Shown in pieces: positions 50,745 through 63,611 of a stretch of 64,000 nucleotides of DNA. Position 1 is the first letter of the stretch; each line of letters starts with the position of its first letter. Position numbers and translations under genes: made by a program. The DNA comes from Callorhinchus milii (taxonomy: Eukaryota). The notes under the pieces are model-generated. The model searched no databases, had not been told where the DNA came from, and saw nothing but the letters and a program-made list of their open reading frames with translations. The stretch covers positions 59,956,001 to 60,020,000 of the forward strand of contig NW_024704742.1 of assembly GCF_018977255.1 (NCBI RefSeq), given 5' to 3'.

Positions 50745-53464
50745 GTCTACAATAATTACAATTTTACATTTATTATACTTTCATGTCAGGAGGTCAGAGG
50801 TTAGAGGAGGTGTGTACGGGTTGGCGGTTTGAGGTTTGAGGAAGCTAGGGGGGAAAGGTGCACAAAAGGATAGTCAAAGATAAAGGTCTTATGGTGGGTT
50901 TTAAAAGTGGAGAGGGAGGGGGTGAATCACCTTACATATCTAATACTATAATAATAATTATATTTGGTATAGCGCCTTATCATGTCTCAAAGCGCTTCAC
51001 AAAATATACTGTAAAGTGAATTGATTGTATATTTTGTGACATACACTAACACAATAGCAGATAAATGTACTTCACATTTATGTTCAATATATATAATTAT
51101 TTAAAGCACAGGAGAAGGCCTTGGCCCATTGTAACTGAGCTGATGCTAACTGCCTCACTGCAGTTACCTACTATAATACCATTCCCCTGCTCTGTCGATA
51201 TAATTTGAACTGACGCACCTAAGAAATGAAGACATTATGTGAAGATGCTGGAAAGTGGGATTAGTAAGAAGGGAGACTTAAAAAAATTGGAGCCAGCAAT
51301 CAAGCAGACATGATGTGACAAACAATGTACTTCTTTGGGAAACAAATATGTGTTCATTACTATTTTTGTACATTTCCAAAATAATTAAAAAATGATAAAG
51401 CTACCGTCTCAACCGTTCTTTCACGTTTTGTTTTCCTGTTTTTCTTTCAAGTCCTCCTCCACCTAAACTTGATTAGAAAATTTAAAAACCTGAGAAGAAT
51501 ACCGTACAATTTATATTTAGACAGTGCCTTTTGCGTTAGGAGCATGTCCCCAAGAACTTGACACTGTTGGCTGGGAACACGAGCTGGGGGAGGGAGCCGA
51601 GAATGGTGGGGAGAAGAATGATGACAGAAAGCGGTCAAAGAGGTACAAGCACAGTCAAAGAACCCAAACCTGGACAGAATTTCCATTTCAATCCTGTGTT
51701 TCAAGATATTCATGTTGATAAACCACCAACAATGAAAAGCAGTATTTAAACATGTTTAATAATGACAAAAAACAGATTAAAATGATCTTAGAAAGACTTA
51801 ATTATGTCATGCTATCAAAGTATATATAGACCACCTAGACTAGAGAACTCTAGTTCAGATGATGGATGACTAAGAGATGATTAAAATCATCTATTATGCT
51901 TTAATTAAATGCCACTTTTCACCCATTAGGCTTCTGTTACTTCTGTCACCACAATAAATGCATCCACCATGCTCCTTCTGTGTGTGAGAAATGAATTCAC
52001 AGCTGGGAGACGTACATTAGGTGGTAAAAGTTATTCTTTCTTAACAACTGACTGCCCTGACAAAATAAATGCATGACTTTGTAAGACCACAAACTTGCTT
52101 ATTGTAAATTATAAAAGTACACAATATAAGATGAAGATCATAATTTCAAATTTCAATTAAATCAGGATAGCTGTATCCAAGCAAAGAGAATGCTCAAATG
52201 ATATTTTTATAATATAAGAAAACATAGCTCTCCTCTCAGTCATCAAGATACTCGCCTGATGCGGTCCTGAGCCACATTGATCAGGGTATTTGTTTGCTGC
52301 TCTGAGCTGTGTCAGCTGATCTCAGTCAGGGTGACAGCAGTGTGGCTGCAATTGCCACTATTCCTGGTCACTGTGCTTGCAATCTGACTACGAACACACA
52401 GACATTGTACTTCACAGTAAAAATCCTATGAAACACTTTGAGATGTCTACACACTATGATAAGGCAACAATATTTCAAAGAGACAGAGCGCTTTCACATC
52501 GGAAGGACGGCGCTTAACAATACTGGATGGGTACCTGAGACGACGGGATAGCTATGGGGAAGGGCAGGACAGGGCTTTATCAAATGAAAGGATTATATTT
52601 CTATTTGATTTATATTGGGTAATGGTTGAAGGCATTATAAACTGTCATGACTCCTATGTTTGAATAAGTTGCCACTGCACACTGTTTGGGCTCATAAATG
52701 AACACTGGTCACAGGTTATTTAATGGAAAACTGGCAGTGCCTCCAGAACCGCAGCATGAGTCACTCTTTCAAGAAAAATAGGATATGAAATTCAGAATCA
52801 AATAATACAAATTTTTAATCTCATATTATGGTTGTTGGCCAAATAAAATTGGTCCTCACTCCATGGCTATTTGTGGGGCATTACAGTGTGCAAATTGGTT
52901 GCCATATTCGCCCATAAAACACACAGTAACATCGCTTTACACTATGTCCCGTGAAGCTCTTTGAGACTTCTTGACCACATGATAAGGCACTGTATCAAAT
53001 GCAAGGATTATTATCATTATTTTCTCAGAGCTGTGGGAATTTGTAAAATCGGTTGCTGCACTTGGTTCTTCAAAATAGAAGAGTGACTTTCGGAATCTGT
53101 GTTGATTGAGCTCCTATTAAATCACTGTCTCAGCTTCTGTTCTTGTTGCGTTCTTGTATTAATGTAATGCTCTGTCAGTCTCAGATTTGATTTCAGAATG
53201 TTTGCAATCAGCTGAGCTGCTCTGCAGGAATGATTTCCCACTGGATATGTTTTCACCAGCTAAGTGGAGGTTGAAATAAATATTATTTACTAAGTTTATT
53301 AGTTGAAATGTCACTCCCCCCCTACAGACACACACACACTGATATGTGTGGACTTGCAGTTATTCGTGTTCATATCATCACAAAACACAATTGAAAGGTT
53401 AGGTAGCAGTGCCATAGATTGAGCAATTCTTTTTTGCTGTTCATTATGCTGTTCATTATGCGTG

Positions 53465-53775
53465 CACCTGGTGTGCTGTTAGCATTCTTGCTTCTGTGTC
53501 AGAAGGTTTTGGGGGTTCAAGCATCGCATAGTCTAAGTTGACATGGCACTATTCAAAAAAAGGGAGTTACTCCCAGTGTCCCGGACAACAATCTTTCAAA
53601 TAAAATTGGTCACTTACCAATTTTGGCTGTTTGTCGGACATTGCTGCGTGCAATTGGCTGTCACGTTTTGCCCACAAAATACACTGTCAATCCACTTTAC
53701 TGTATATCTTGTGAAACACTTTGAGATGTCTCAACAATGTGATAAGGCGCTATATCAATTGTAAGGATTATTATC
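53465..53775 (+). mobile_element. Old DeuSINE with an internal deletion
   Basis: tRNA-like head (TGTGTCAGAAGGTTTTGGGGGTTCAAGC), CATGGCACTATTCAAA...GTGTCCCGGACAA, Deu block and tail. Confidence 0.7.
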
Positions 53776-53966
53776 ATACCATTCAGTGGTTTAATTTAGG
53801 AAGAAGAGCTAACATTGCCAAATGCTATCTTAGCTCAGGAATAATCTTTGTTTTATAACCTCTTGGTTTGCCATGTGGTATCAGTAAAACCTCCTTTTAT
53901 TCTTGATCTATATTGTTCATTATGCGTGCACCTGGTGTGCTGTTAGCATTTTTACTTCTGTGTCAG

Positions 53967-54350
53967 GTCGAGGATCGATTTCAAGATCCTCACTCTTGTA
54001 TTCAAGTCTCTGCACTTCTTTGCACCCCCCTACTTCTCTGACCTCCTCTCTCCTCAAAACAGTACCCGTTGCCTTCATTCCTCCGGGTCTGGCCTCCTCC
54101 TCAACCCCGAGTCCTCCACTCCACCCTCGGCCTTCAGCCACTATGCCCCGAGGCTCTGGAACAGCCTTCCTCACTCCCTCCCATTTTCAGGTCTCTGCTG
54201 AAGACCTTTCTTTTCGACCGTGCCTTTGGTTACCTTCCCCCCCCCCACCCTCCCCCTGGCTCGGTCCCAGGATCCGTTACTGTAAAGGGCTCTGAGATGC
54301 TGTCCGGCGTGGAGGGAGCTGTATAAATCCAAATTATTGTTGTTGTTTTT
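53967..54350 (+). mobile_element. L2 3' fragment
   Basis: AGGATCGATTTCAAGATCCTC (RIDFKIL)...CTCTGGAACAGCC...TTCGACCGTGCCTTT and a (TTG)n tail. Confidence 0.85.
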
Positions 54351-54402
54351 CAGTGATATCATCAGGGATTTCATCTGTGGCCTAACATCAAGGAAGTCCT
54401 GA

Positions 54403-54492
54403 CCAAGTACTGCTGTATAACGCGATTTGTGATAACGTGGGAATTCTCATTTTAAGGAACCCAAACCACTGCACTATAATGGGATCGGACTG
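54403..54492. mobile_element. Possible TcMar/Tigger-like MITE remnant
   Basis: TATAACGCG at the left and CACTATAATGGGATCGGACTG at the right resemble decayed Tigger-type TIRs. Weak. Confidence 0.3.
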
Positions 54493-55544
54493 AATCCATT
54501 AATAACCATTGTGAGTTTATTTAGTTTTAATCTGCATTATATTACACTGTTATTGCAAAGATCAAATTGATCTCTGTCTTAAATTCATGCCATTAATCCA
54601 GTACTAATTTTTCAAAATCTCCTTGTATCTGATAAAATGATCACATTCAGGTCCACCAGGTTCAGTTTGTTTCATTCTGTTAACAAGCAACCCACATTAT
54701 CAGTTTAAGATCAGCTCATAATAATGTATCTGAATTTCTGTTCCTATACTTCCTAAAACATCTTCAACATGTCTTGCTAAGAGCGAGAATCTCTAAATCA
54801 GTAGTGTGGAAGCAAATGAGCATATTTGAGATGGGAGACTCCCACTACTGAGAGGAGCATTGCTAAGCTTTTACAGGTCTTGTATCAATGCACAGCTGAA
54901 TGATGCGAACAGTATCACTTGCTCCAAATCTACTCAAATACCTCCGAGACCCTGGCTGGTAAAGGAATATTAACATTTTTTGTGACTTATGAATACAATT
55001 TTTCTCCAGATATAAATGAATTAAAGATTACTGGAGAAAGAAATACATGATGGGATATGAAATTATTTTGGATCAAAAATGTCTTACTTGCATTTGAATG
55101 AAATAAATGCAATTTTAAATGTAATAGGCACATATAAGTCTAAATGCCTGAAATTATGGGTTATTAAAGATGTTAGTGCATGAAATACGAGCAACAAACA
55201 ACAAATGCCATACATATTTTGTGGTGCTGTGTCAAAATTCAGAATTTCTTAAGGTTGCTGTATAGTTTAGTTGGTAATGCTCTTATTTCTGAAGTACATT
55301 GTTCATACGGTAGTGGGTTCAAGCCACATATAGGATTTTGAGTTTACAGCCTTGAGGCCGACACTCTAGTTTAGTTCTGGGTGAGCTCTGTATTGTCGGA
55401 GGTTTGAAGATCGTAAGATTAGTTTGGATGAAGAAGACTCTTTGGCCCATCTTAACTCTCCTCTCCAGACTACCCACCCTACTTATCAGCCCGTCACAAC
55501 ACCAAGCTCCTTTTTAAGTGCTTCGTATGAGATGTTAAACCAAG

Positions 55545-56015
55545 GTGTTAAAATCCTCATCCTCTCTTTCAAAACCCTCCATGGGCTTGTTCCTCACTAC
55601 CTTTGTAAAACCCTGCTAAACCCATACTGACCTGTTTGCGCCCAAAGCTCAGTAGGCTCTGGCCTGCTCCTCGTTCCCCACTCTGCCTGTCCCACTATTG
55701 GCTGTCGGACCTTCAGCCTTTCTGCCCTCAAACTTTGGAATTCTATTCCACAGTCCTTTCCCCTTCCCTTGCCTCCTTCAAGAGCCATCTCAAAACCTTC
55801 TGGGACACTACCCTGCATGTGGAACGCTATGTAAATGCAAGTTGCTGTTCCTCTTCAAACGCGCCATCAGTCATACTCCTACCCAACCCTCCCTGCTCTC
55901 GACCCTTCCTAATCCTAATCCCCAACTCAGGTGTAAATCCTTGTATGCCCAGCGCTTTAGGATATCCTCTTAATGTGAAAGTTGCTACATAAACTGTAAT
56001 CTATTGTTGCTGTTG
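55545..56015 (+). mobile_element. L2 3' fragment(s)
   Basis: KILILSFKTLHGLVPHYL, CTTTGGAATTCTATTCC, and two tail remnants (about 55830 and 55950-56012). Confidence 0.75.
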
Positions 56016-56416
56016 AGGTCCTGCTTGCCTGTTTACACAGTTTACACAGTCACTACAATTTATAGTAAAATCCTGCTTTGAGTGCTTTGAGATGTGCTCC
56101 TGACATAAAATGCACTTTATCAAACGCAAAAGATATTTTTTAAAATTATTATTGAAGAATATTGGTGTATCAGTTTGTGTAATATTAGAGTACTGGAATC
56201 TCAATAGGGAGACACAAGACCTAATTCTAGTTTATAGCAGCTGCAACAACAACAAAAACTTGCATTTATATAGCGTCCCTCATGTAGGATAGCATCCCAG
56301 AGCATTTGACAGTGGCACATCATGACACCGAGCCAGGGGGAGGGGGAGGCGACAGGGAGGTGAGTGTAGGCACGGTTGAATAAGAAGGTCGTCAGGCATG
56401 ACCTGAAGATGGGGAA

Positions 56417-56730
56417 GGAGTCCTGTAGCTCAGTGGTTAGAGCACTCGCTTTGCAAGTGAGAGACCAGAGTTCAATTCCAGGCAGGGCGAAACCTTGGGC
56501 AAGTTTCCTTACTCCACACGCCTAATAATAATCCCTACAAAACAAAAACAAAAATAAATTGGTCATTTTCAATCTACGACTGTTTGTGGGACATTGCTGT
56601 GCACAATTGGCTGCCGCGTTCGCCCACAAATATACAGTCAATTCACTTTGCAGTGTGTTCTGTGAAGCACTTTGGGACGTCCTCCCCACGTAAAAAGCGC
56701 TATATCAAATGCAAGGATTATTATTTTATT
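56417..56730 (+). mobile_element. Young tRNA-Ala SINE inserted in a minus-strand L2 tail (56246-56416)
   Basis: Full head, body and tail. Confidence 0.95.
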
Positions 56731-57469
56731 AAGGAAGGGATAATGCTATGCTGAGCATTAGCAGAAGAGTGTTCACATGTTTCAGGGAGTTCTGGCTGAA
56801 AGCTATGTAGCTTCTCCGGAAGAATATTTTCTTCATCAATCTCAGTCTATGCTATGTAAATATATGTTCCTAACACTTCTTCATTGTACTGTACAATTGT
56901 ACCTTTGACAAATTTATCAAGGAGATGAATTAACAACCATAGCTTCTCCAAAATGTCCACACATTTTCACACATTTTCAATGAAAATAAATAACTCCAGC
57001 ATAGACAGAATGGGGTAGAAGTTCCATCTGAATCTGCATTCCCTCTATTTGTGAGACATTTCAGAGAATTGGGACATCCTCCCGACATGAAAGGCGCTCT
57101 ATAAATGCAATCTTGTTGTTGTTGTTGTTGTAGCGATCAGAAATTGGTACATTGTTGAATTTAGTGATAACTTTTCAAGCGGTTAATTTTGAAGCCCCTT
57201 TTTCTGTATATTTTTAAAGAGCTACGGAAATTGGCAAATTCTTTCTGGATGCTCTGAAATCCTAAGAAAATAGAGTAAAGTTAAATCCGGGTGGAATTGC
57301 ATTCATTGAAAAAATGGAGGGCAGATTTATATTATGTCTTGAAAAACAAACCTGGATAACATGAATATTCATGTGACATGAGTGTTTGCATGGCATGTGT
57401 CATGAGCACTGCCCCAAAAATTTAAAGTTAACTTTACCAGACGGGGAAACCTCTTATGGTCAAAGATTG

Positions 57470-58005
57470 TGGAGGAGGAGGGCATAGGAGGGAAGTGATT
57501 GCAATACAATACAATTTGCTATCGTATTGGATATCGTATTGGAAGGACATCTCAAAGCACTTGATAATGCTGGATGGACATTATCAAGGGAGTGGGGAGG
57601 AGAAAGATGATTGAACTCATGGACAAAGATTTCATACACAGTTAAAGAGATAGGTTTGTGAAAGGACTTGGAAACATGTGCAAGTTGATCCATCAGGGAG
57701 TAGGGGGGCAGTAGAGCCTGATGAGGAGTGGGGTGATGGGCCTATAGAGTCCAGTGTGAGAAAGGATATGGACTGCAGAATAAACTGGATTTTGTGGAGG
57801 TTTGAGCTGGGATGGCCAGCATGGAGAATATTAGAGAAATACTGCCTAGAGATAAAAAAAGAAGGCATTAATGAGCGTTTCTGCTGTGTTGACCTCAGGT
57901 AGAGATGGAGGTAGGGATGGGGGTGGGAAATGTTGGACAAATGGTTTCTTGGCCAAAGACTGGATGAAAAACAAAGGAGAACTCAGAATGCCAAGTTTGC
58001 ACATA
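57470..58005 (-). mobile_element. Degenerate L2 3' fragment
   Basis: ORF 57632..57940 has SRQYFSNILHAGHPSSNLHKIQFI, a decayed SRLDYSN.LLAG.P...L.KLQ. Confidence 0.55.
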
Positions 58006-61000
58006 GGATCTATAAAATTGGACTAAATCTTACAAAAAAAGTATAAAAACGTACACACTTATTGTGATTATCATGCATATCAATTGTTTTTTCACATATA
58101 TTATTAGTGCCAAGGATATTTTAAAATGCCTCAATATGCCACTCTTCATCTCTCCATCAACTTAAGATCCTTCTCAAGATCTATCTGTTTCAACATGTTT
58201 TCGTTCAACTATTCACTCCACCCACCGGTTCAGCTCCCAACCCCCAGCTCATGTGCCAAGCCACTATTGTTAAGCGCTTGGAATATCCTTCCGATGTGAA
58301 AGGAGCTATATCAATGTACATTTGTATTATAATAAGTTAATTCTATTATCGAACATTTGTCCACAATAGTGAATGCTTGCTACTTTATTATTATTATTAC
58401 TTTGATTATTACTTACAATTATTATTATTACTTTGAAAATCCCCTTTACAGGCATAAAAGAACTAAATTCATTTGAACATTCATTTGAAAGGAACATTTG
58501 TGTAAGTACAGATTCAATCTTTATCTACTGAACAGTGTTTACTTAATAGAAACGGCTGTTAAAAGGACAGGTTGCTTGCTCCAGAATACTTCTAGGAATA
58601 GGCTTCTACCTTGTTCCATTACTTTATAACACTCATGCAACATGTCAGCTGTGGAAACAAAAATCATGTTTTCACGGTTGATATATCAGCTTCTACTCCA
58701 CAGCACTGTTTCCCACACTAGCACCACAATTTTATGCATCCCAACAAAGTTAGTTTCCCTCACCTTTTTTTCCTATCTGAGCCTGCTCCTTTCCGAAGGA
58801 GACTGTATTGCAAATGCAATAAAAATATATATAGCAGCACCGCTCCAACTAAAATTACTGCCTCGGTAGGTTCAGCATTCAACATATCACAGAAGACTTT
58901 GGATAACAAATTCTGTTCTTTCTCAGGGTGAAGAAATTACAAAAATAACTTGAAAAAACAGTGTAATCCAAAGATCACAGATGGTAAAAATGTTTTTGTT
59001 GGGTAAAAAGGTATCTTAAATGCCACCTCACTCTAGACAAAGCACCTTGAGACCATCTTCCCATCGCAGCATCAGCTGATTTTAAAATGAGTCCAGTGTC
59101 CTGGCCTCAGCTACCTTTCCTGCCCACCTTTTCAGTTATTAATTACAACAACTTGTATTTATATAGCGCCCTTCATGTGGAACAGCATCTCAGAGCTCTT
59201 TACCCTCAGAGCTAAGTTACCCTCTAAGTAAAGAATAACTTCCTAGTTTGAGTCCTAAAATTGCCCTTTGCATCTCTAAGCATATGTCCTCTTGTTCTAC
59301 TGTCTTGGTGCAGTCTAAAATATTATTATTTTACATTTACAGTCCCATTTAAAATGCTATACACCTCTATAAGGCCTCATCTGAGTCCTCTTCGCTCAAA
59401 GGAAGTCTCACTGCAGGAGATGAACTTTGTGTCCTGAGATACCTATAGTTTTCCCATTCAAACATTTGTGAACTTCACTATCTCCTGGGAAATATGACTT
59501 TTATTTCTACTGTGTCTCACTCAAGAGCAGTATTGAATCTGGTCAGTCTTATATTAGCAAATTAAAGAAAAAACACAGATTTTAAGACTGAACTTGAATA
59601 TCTTTTATAGTTTGGAACACAACATGTCAAGCAACTGCCAGGATGGGGAAGGTGAACAGATGGACCTGGGCCTTCTTTTGCCTTAAAATTCTTATGTTCT
59701 TATTATGTTGTTATGAGGCTGAGTTTTCCTTACAAGTGGCTAAAATATTAACTTGCCAATGGATTATTTGAGGGGTCTTCCATTTATTTATATTAGCAAG
59801 ATTTAAACCATATGATTAATATGTAATGATATGTAATGAATTATATAAAATTTACATTCACTAAACTAATTACTCCTTTGTAATATTTAGTGTAATGCGC
59901 AAATATCTGAAGCGTTACATAGTTCCTCTGTTCTTCATAATTAGATTCAAATGAATATATAAATCATGAAGCTGCCACTCATGAATCACAATCAAGCTTT
60001 TCACATGGGAGCGAGAATTTTATTCTTCAGCAGTTCACATTCGACAATATCCTCACAGTCTCAGAACTACAAAGCAATTTATATTGTGCCTTTCAAGTCA
60101 GGAGGACATGTCAAAGTCTGTCTTGGATCCCAGAACTGGGTCCCTTGAGTATAAGGGTGGGGTGACTGAGTAACAGAACAGAATGGATAAAGGCTTGCCC
60201 ATGGTTGGTGGGATGGATTGGGAGGGGTACATGAAGCAAGCTGAGGTTTGCTGAGCTGAGGGATTGTTCGGCAATAAAAATCCAGGTGATCACAGAGTTA
60301 GGGTGCGGTGAGCCCTCAGAGACTTTGGAATGTGCGGATGAGAATTTTTAATTTGATGGGGTCTAGCAGCTATAGAGCTCAATGAGGAGAATTGTCAAAT
60401 AATCTTTGCCTTAGGGAAAGCTACCTTCAGTTCGGTAGCCTGTCACAAATAGGGCAGAGAGGCTGAAGGCCTGACTGCTGAGGTGGGGCAGGCCAGGCAG
60501 AAGATGTGAAGCAGGACAGAGCCTGCTTAGCGGAGGGAATGGACAGGTCAATACGATCACAGGGGTAGGATATGCACCCAACGTTTTAATGGGAGTATTC
60601 ACTCCAGTTTGACAAAAATAAACTGCTCATATTTTGATAGTTTGCTTTGTTGTTCACTGGTCTCCGGTGTGCACAATTTATTCACCAATACTTTCTTCAG
60701 CTCCTCTGGTTCCAAGAGCCACCTTTATCAATTGTACTAATTCGCCTCAGTACTAATTGACAGTTCTCACTCCCTGACCTGTTCTTGTGAATGCAAGAAA
60801 TGAAATGTGTTTTAAAATCAGCACCTCAGGGAAGCAACTGAAGCAGGGAACAGATCCCTGTTATCACAGCTTAGTCCTAAGGCTGCAGATCTGTACAGTA
60901 TAATTTCTTAAAGTATAATTTTTTGTCATGTTTAAAGTGCCAATTAGCCAGAAAGCTTGAAATTTAAAGTGCAAGAGATAATTCTGATGTGCTGGTTGCT

Positions 61001-61254
61001 TGGATCTTAACTGTCCAAAGTTTTTTGACTTTGATTCCTGTTGATTAGTGTTAAAGGAAGTACCAAATCCACCAGTGACAGGTGAAATCCACTTCGCATA
61101 AGATATGAGCTGTTAATGCACCCTCTGCACTTATAATTGTCTAGGTCTACTGCAGGATGCAACTAGACACATAAGAGTGCCCCAGGAGTATTGTGCCCCA
61201 ATGATATGCCATGACATGTAATGACATCTACTCACAATCACATTCTCACAAATA

Positions 61255-61388
61255 CGCAATTGGCTGCCGCGTTCGCCCACAAATATACAGTCAATTCACT
61301 TTACAGTGTATTCTGTGAAGCGCTTTGGGACGTCCTCCCGACGTGAAAAGCGCTATATCAAATGCAAGGATTATTATTATTATTATTA
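61255..61388 (+). mobile_element. 3' half of the young SINE
   Basis: CGCAATTGGCTGCCGCGTTCGCCCAC...AAAAGCGCTATATCAAATGCAAGG(ATT)n. Confidence 0.92.
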
Positions 61389-61602
61389 CACATGCACACA
61401 CTCACACACATATAAATTCAGACTCACGCAGACCAACCAGATACCCACATAAATGTGCTCACGCAATCAACAGGTGCTTAATTGCTATCCCTGTTTAATA
61501 TTAATAACTTGCATTTGATATAGCATCTTATAGCACTTCATAGGATTTTACTGTAAAGTGTAGTGACAGTATTTTTCTAGGCGAATGCAACAACCAATTT
61601 AA

Positions 61603-61926
61603 GAGTCCTGTAGCTCAGTGGTTAGAGCACTCGCTTTGCAAGCGAGAGACCTAGGTTCAATTCCAGGCAGGGCGAAACCTTGGGCAAGTTTCCTTACTCC
61701 GCAAGCCTAATAATAATCCCTCCAAAACCCAAAACAATAATAAATTGGTCATTTTCAATCTACGACTGTTTGTTGGACATTGCTGTGCGCAATTGGCTGC
61801 CGCGTTCACCCACAAATATACAGTCAATTCACTTTACAGTGTGTTCTGTGAAGCGCTTTGGGACGTCCTCCCGAAGTGAAAAGCGCTATATCAAATGCAA
61901 GGATTATTATTATTATTATTATTATT
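61603..61926 (+). mobile_element. Young tRNA-Ala SINE nested in an older minus-strand SINE
   Basis: Full length. TTAAGAG at 61599-61605 and 61925-61931 is a candidate TSD that overlaps the element ends. Confidence 0.95.
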
Positions 61927-62016
61927 AAGAGCAGCCCCACAGTCCTGGCAACTTGTCCCACAAACAGCCATGAAGTAACTGACCAAGGCTCTGTATAAGT
62001 TTAACAGTGGAAATTC

Positions 62017-62390
62017 AACAATAACAACTTGCATTACACAGCATCCTTCACACTGGATAGCGTCCTGGAGCGCTTCACTTTGGCAGAGTGTGACCCCGAG
62101 CCAGGGAGAGGGGGAGGTGGGGGGTGACCATGTGCACAATTAAAAAGGAAGGTCTTTAGGTGGGATTTGATGGAGGGGAGGGAAGGGACAAGGCAGATGG
62201 ATTGAGAGAGAGTTCCAGAGTTTCGGGGCATAGTGGCTGAAGGCACGACCACCGATGGTAGAATGGAAGGGACGAGAGACAAACAGAAGGCTGGAGCCAG
62301 CTGAGCTGAGGCAGCGGGTTGTGGGTTGGGGGGTAAGCAGGTCGTGGAGGTAGGGAGGTACCAAGGGCATGAAGGGATTTGAAAACGAGT
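62017..62390 (-). mobile_element. L2 3' fragment
   Basis: ORF 62140..62526 has LVPPYLHDLL...IGGRAFSHYAPKLWNSL; tail at 62017. Confidence 0.82.
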
Positions 62391-62565
62391 GAAATGTTTC
62401 ATTCCTCTGCTTTTGGGAGGTGGGAGAGTTATGCCAAGTTATATATGCATCAAAATGACAAGACATCCCAAAATGTACCTTAAATACAAGAGGAGACACA
62501 GACAGGCTGTTCAGTGTCTGTTTCAAACTCTAGGCATGGCATTTAAGGGATTCTCACCCTTTATT

Positions 62566-62955
62566 GGAGCGCAGTAGCATAATGGTTAGAGCACTCGCCT
62601 TGGCAAGCAAAGGAACCTGGATTTGATTCCCGGACTGGGCGAAACCTTAGGCAAGTTTCCTTACTCCACACACACACACCTCTGTTTACCTAGCGGGAAG
62701 TAGGAACCTGCTTGTTAGACAATTGGGGACCATTTTTACAGGGGTAATAATCCCTTCAAAACAATAATAATAATGTGGTCACTCAATGCATGGCTCGTTT
62801 GTGGGACACTGCTGTGTGCAATTGGCCACCGCATATTGTCCACAAAATACACAGTCATTACATTTTACAGTATATTCTGTGAAGCGCTTTGAGACATTGC
62901 GAAGATATGATAAGGTGCAATATCAAATGCAAGAAGTATTATTGTTATTATTATT
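62566..62955 (+). mobile_element. Longer, more diverged variant of the tRNA SINE with an extra central segment
   Basis: Related head through GGGCGAAACCTTAGGCAAGTTTCCTTACTCCAC, then 64 bp (62681-62744) absent from the young copies, then the same body and tail. Confidence 0.88.
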
Positions 62956-62974
62956 TTACCTGTGGAATTGGCTG

Positions 62975-63200
62975 TCAGGACCCTGGTAGAAAATCCATTC
63001 TATTTTCAGTAATATCATGGGATCTTTAACGTCCACCTGAAGAGGCAGACTGGACCTCAGTTTAACATCTCAGCCAAAAGACGCTACCTCCAACAACGTG
63101 ACATACCACTGTATTAGAGTGTCAGCCTCGACAATGTGAGACCAAATTCCCGAAGAAGACCCTCTACTCACAACCTTCTGACTCTGAAGCAAGAGCTTGT
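62975..63200 (-). mobile_element. Old DeuSINE remnant
   Basis: CATGGGATCTTTAACGTCCACCTGAAGAGGCAGAC...CCTCAGTTTAACATCTCA...CACAACCTTCTGACTCTGA. Confidence 0.75.
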
Positions 63201-63611
63201 TCATTAAGGACAAATTGTATTTCCTGAGATCCCTTGCAAAATTACAAAATACATGAAGTCTTCATGTATTTTGCTGGAGATTTGCTGGATAGATATTTGT
63301 TTAAAAATACACTTAATTTGAAAAGATTGTAATCCACATTGAGTGAAATGTAATACATCTTACATTTCATCCATTTGCGGAGTTGAAACACTGCTCCTCG
63401 AGTAATAATAATACATTATTATTAATAATACATTATTATTGCTAATAATTTATTCAAAATAAATTATTATTTAAAATATTATTAAGTGGTAATGTTCCTA
63501 GCACCTTGCTGGGAAAGAAGCTTCTTGTGATGTAAACTACATTTTCTGCAGGGAATCCACTTTCACCATATTGACTGCTTATCAATATGCAGTCCTATGC
63601 AGTCACCATAT

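Noticed and set aside
57010..57310. Harbinger-like MITE with GGGGTAGAAG.../...GGAATTGCATTC ends
   Set aside because: The terminal match is too poor to support by eye.
63404..63485. AT-rich quasi-palindromic repeats
   Set aside because: Low-complexity (AAT)/(ATT) sequence explains the symmetry.
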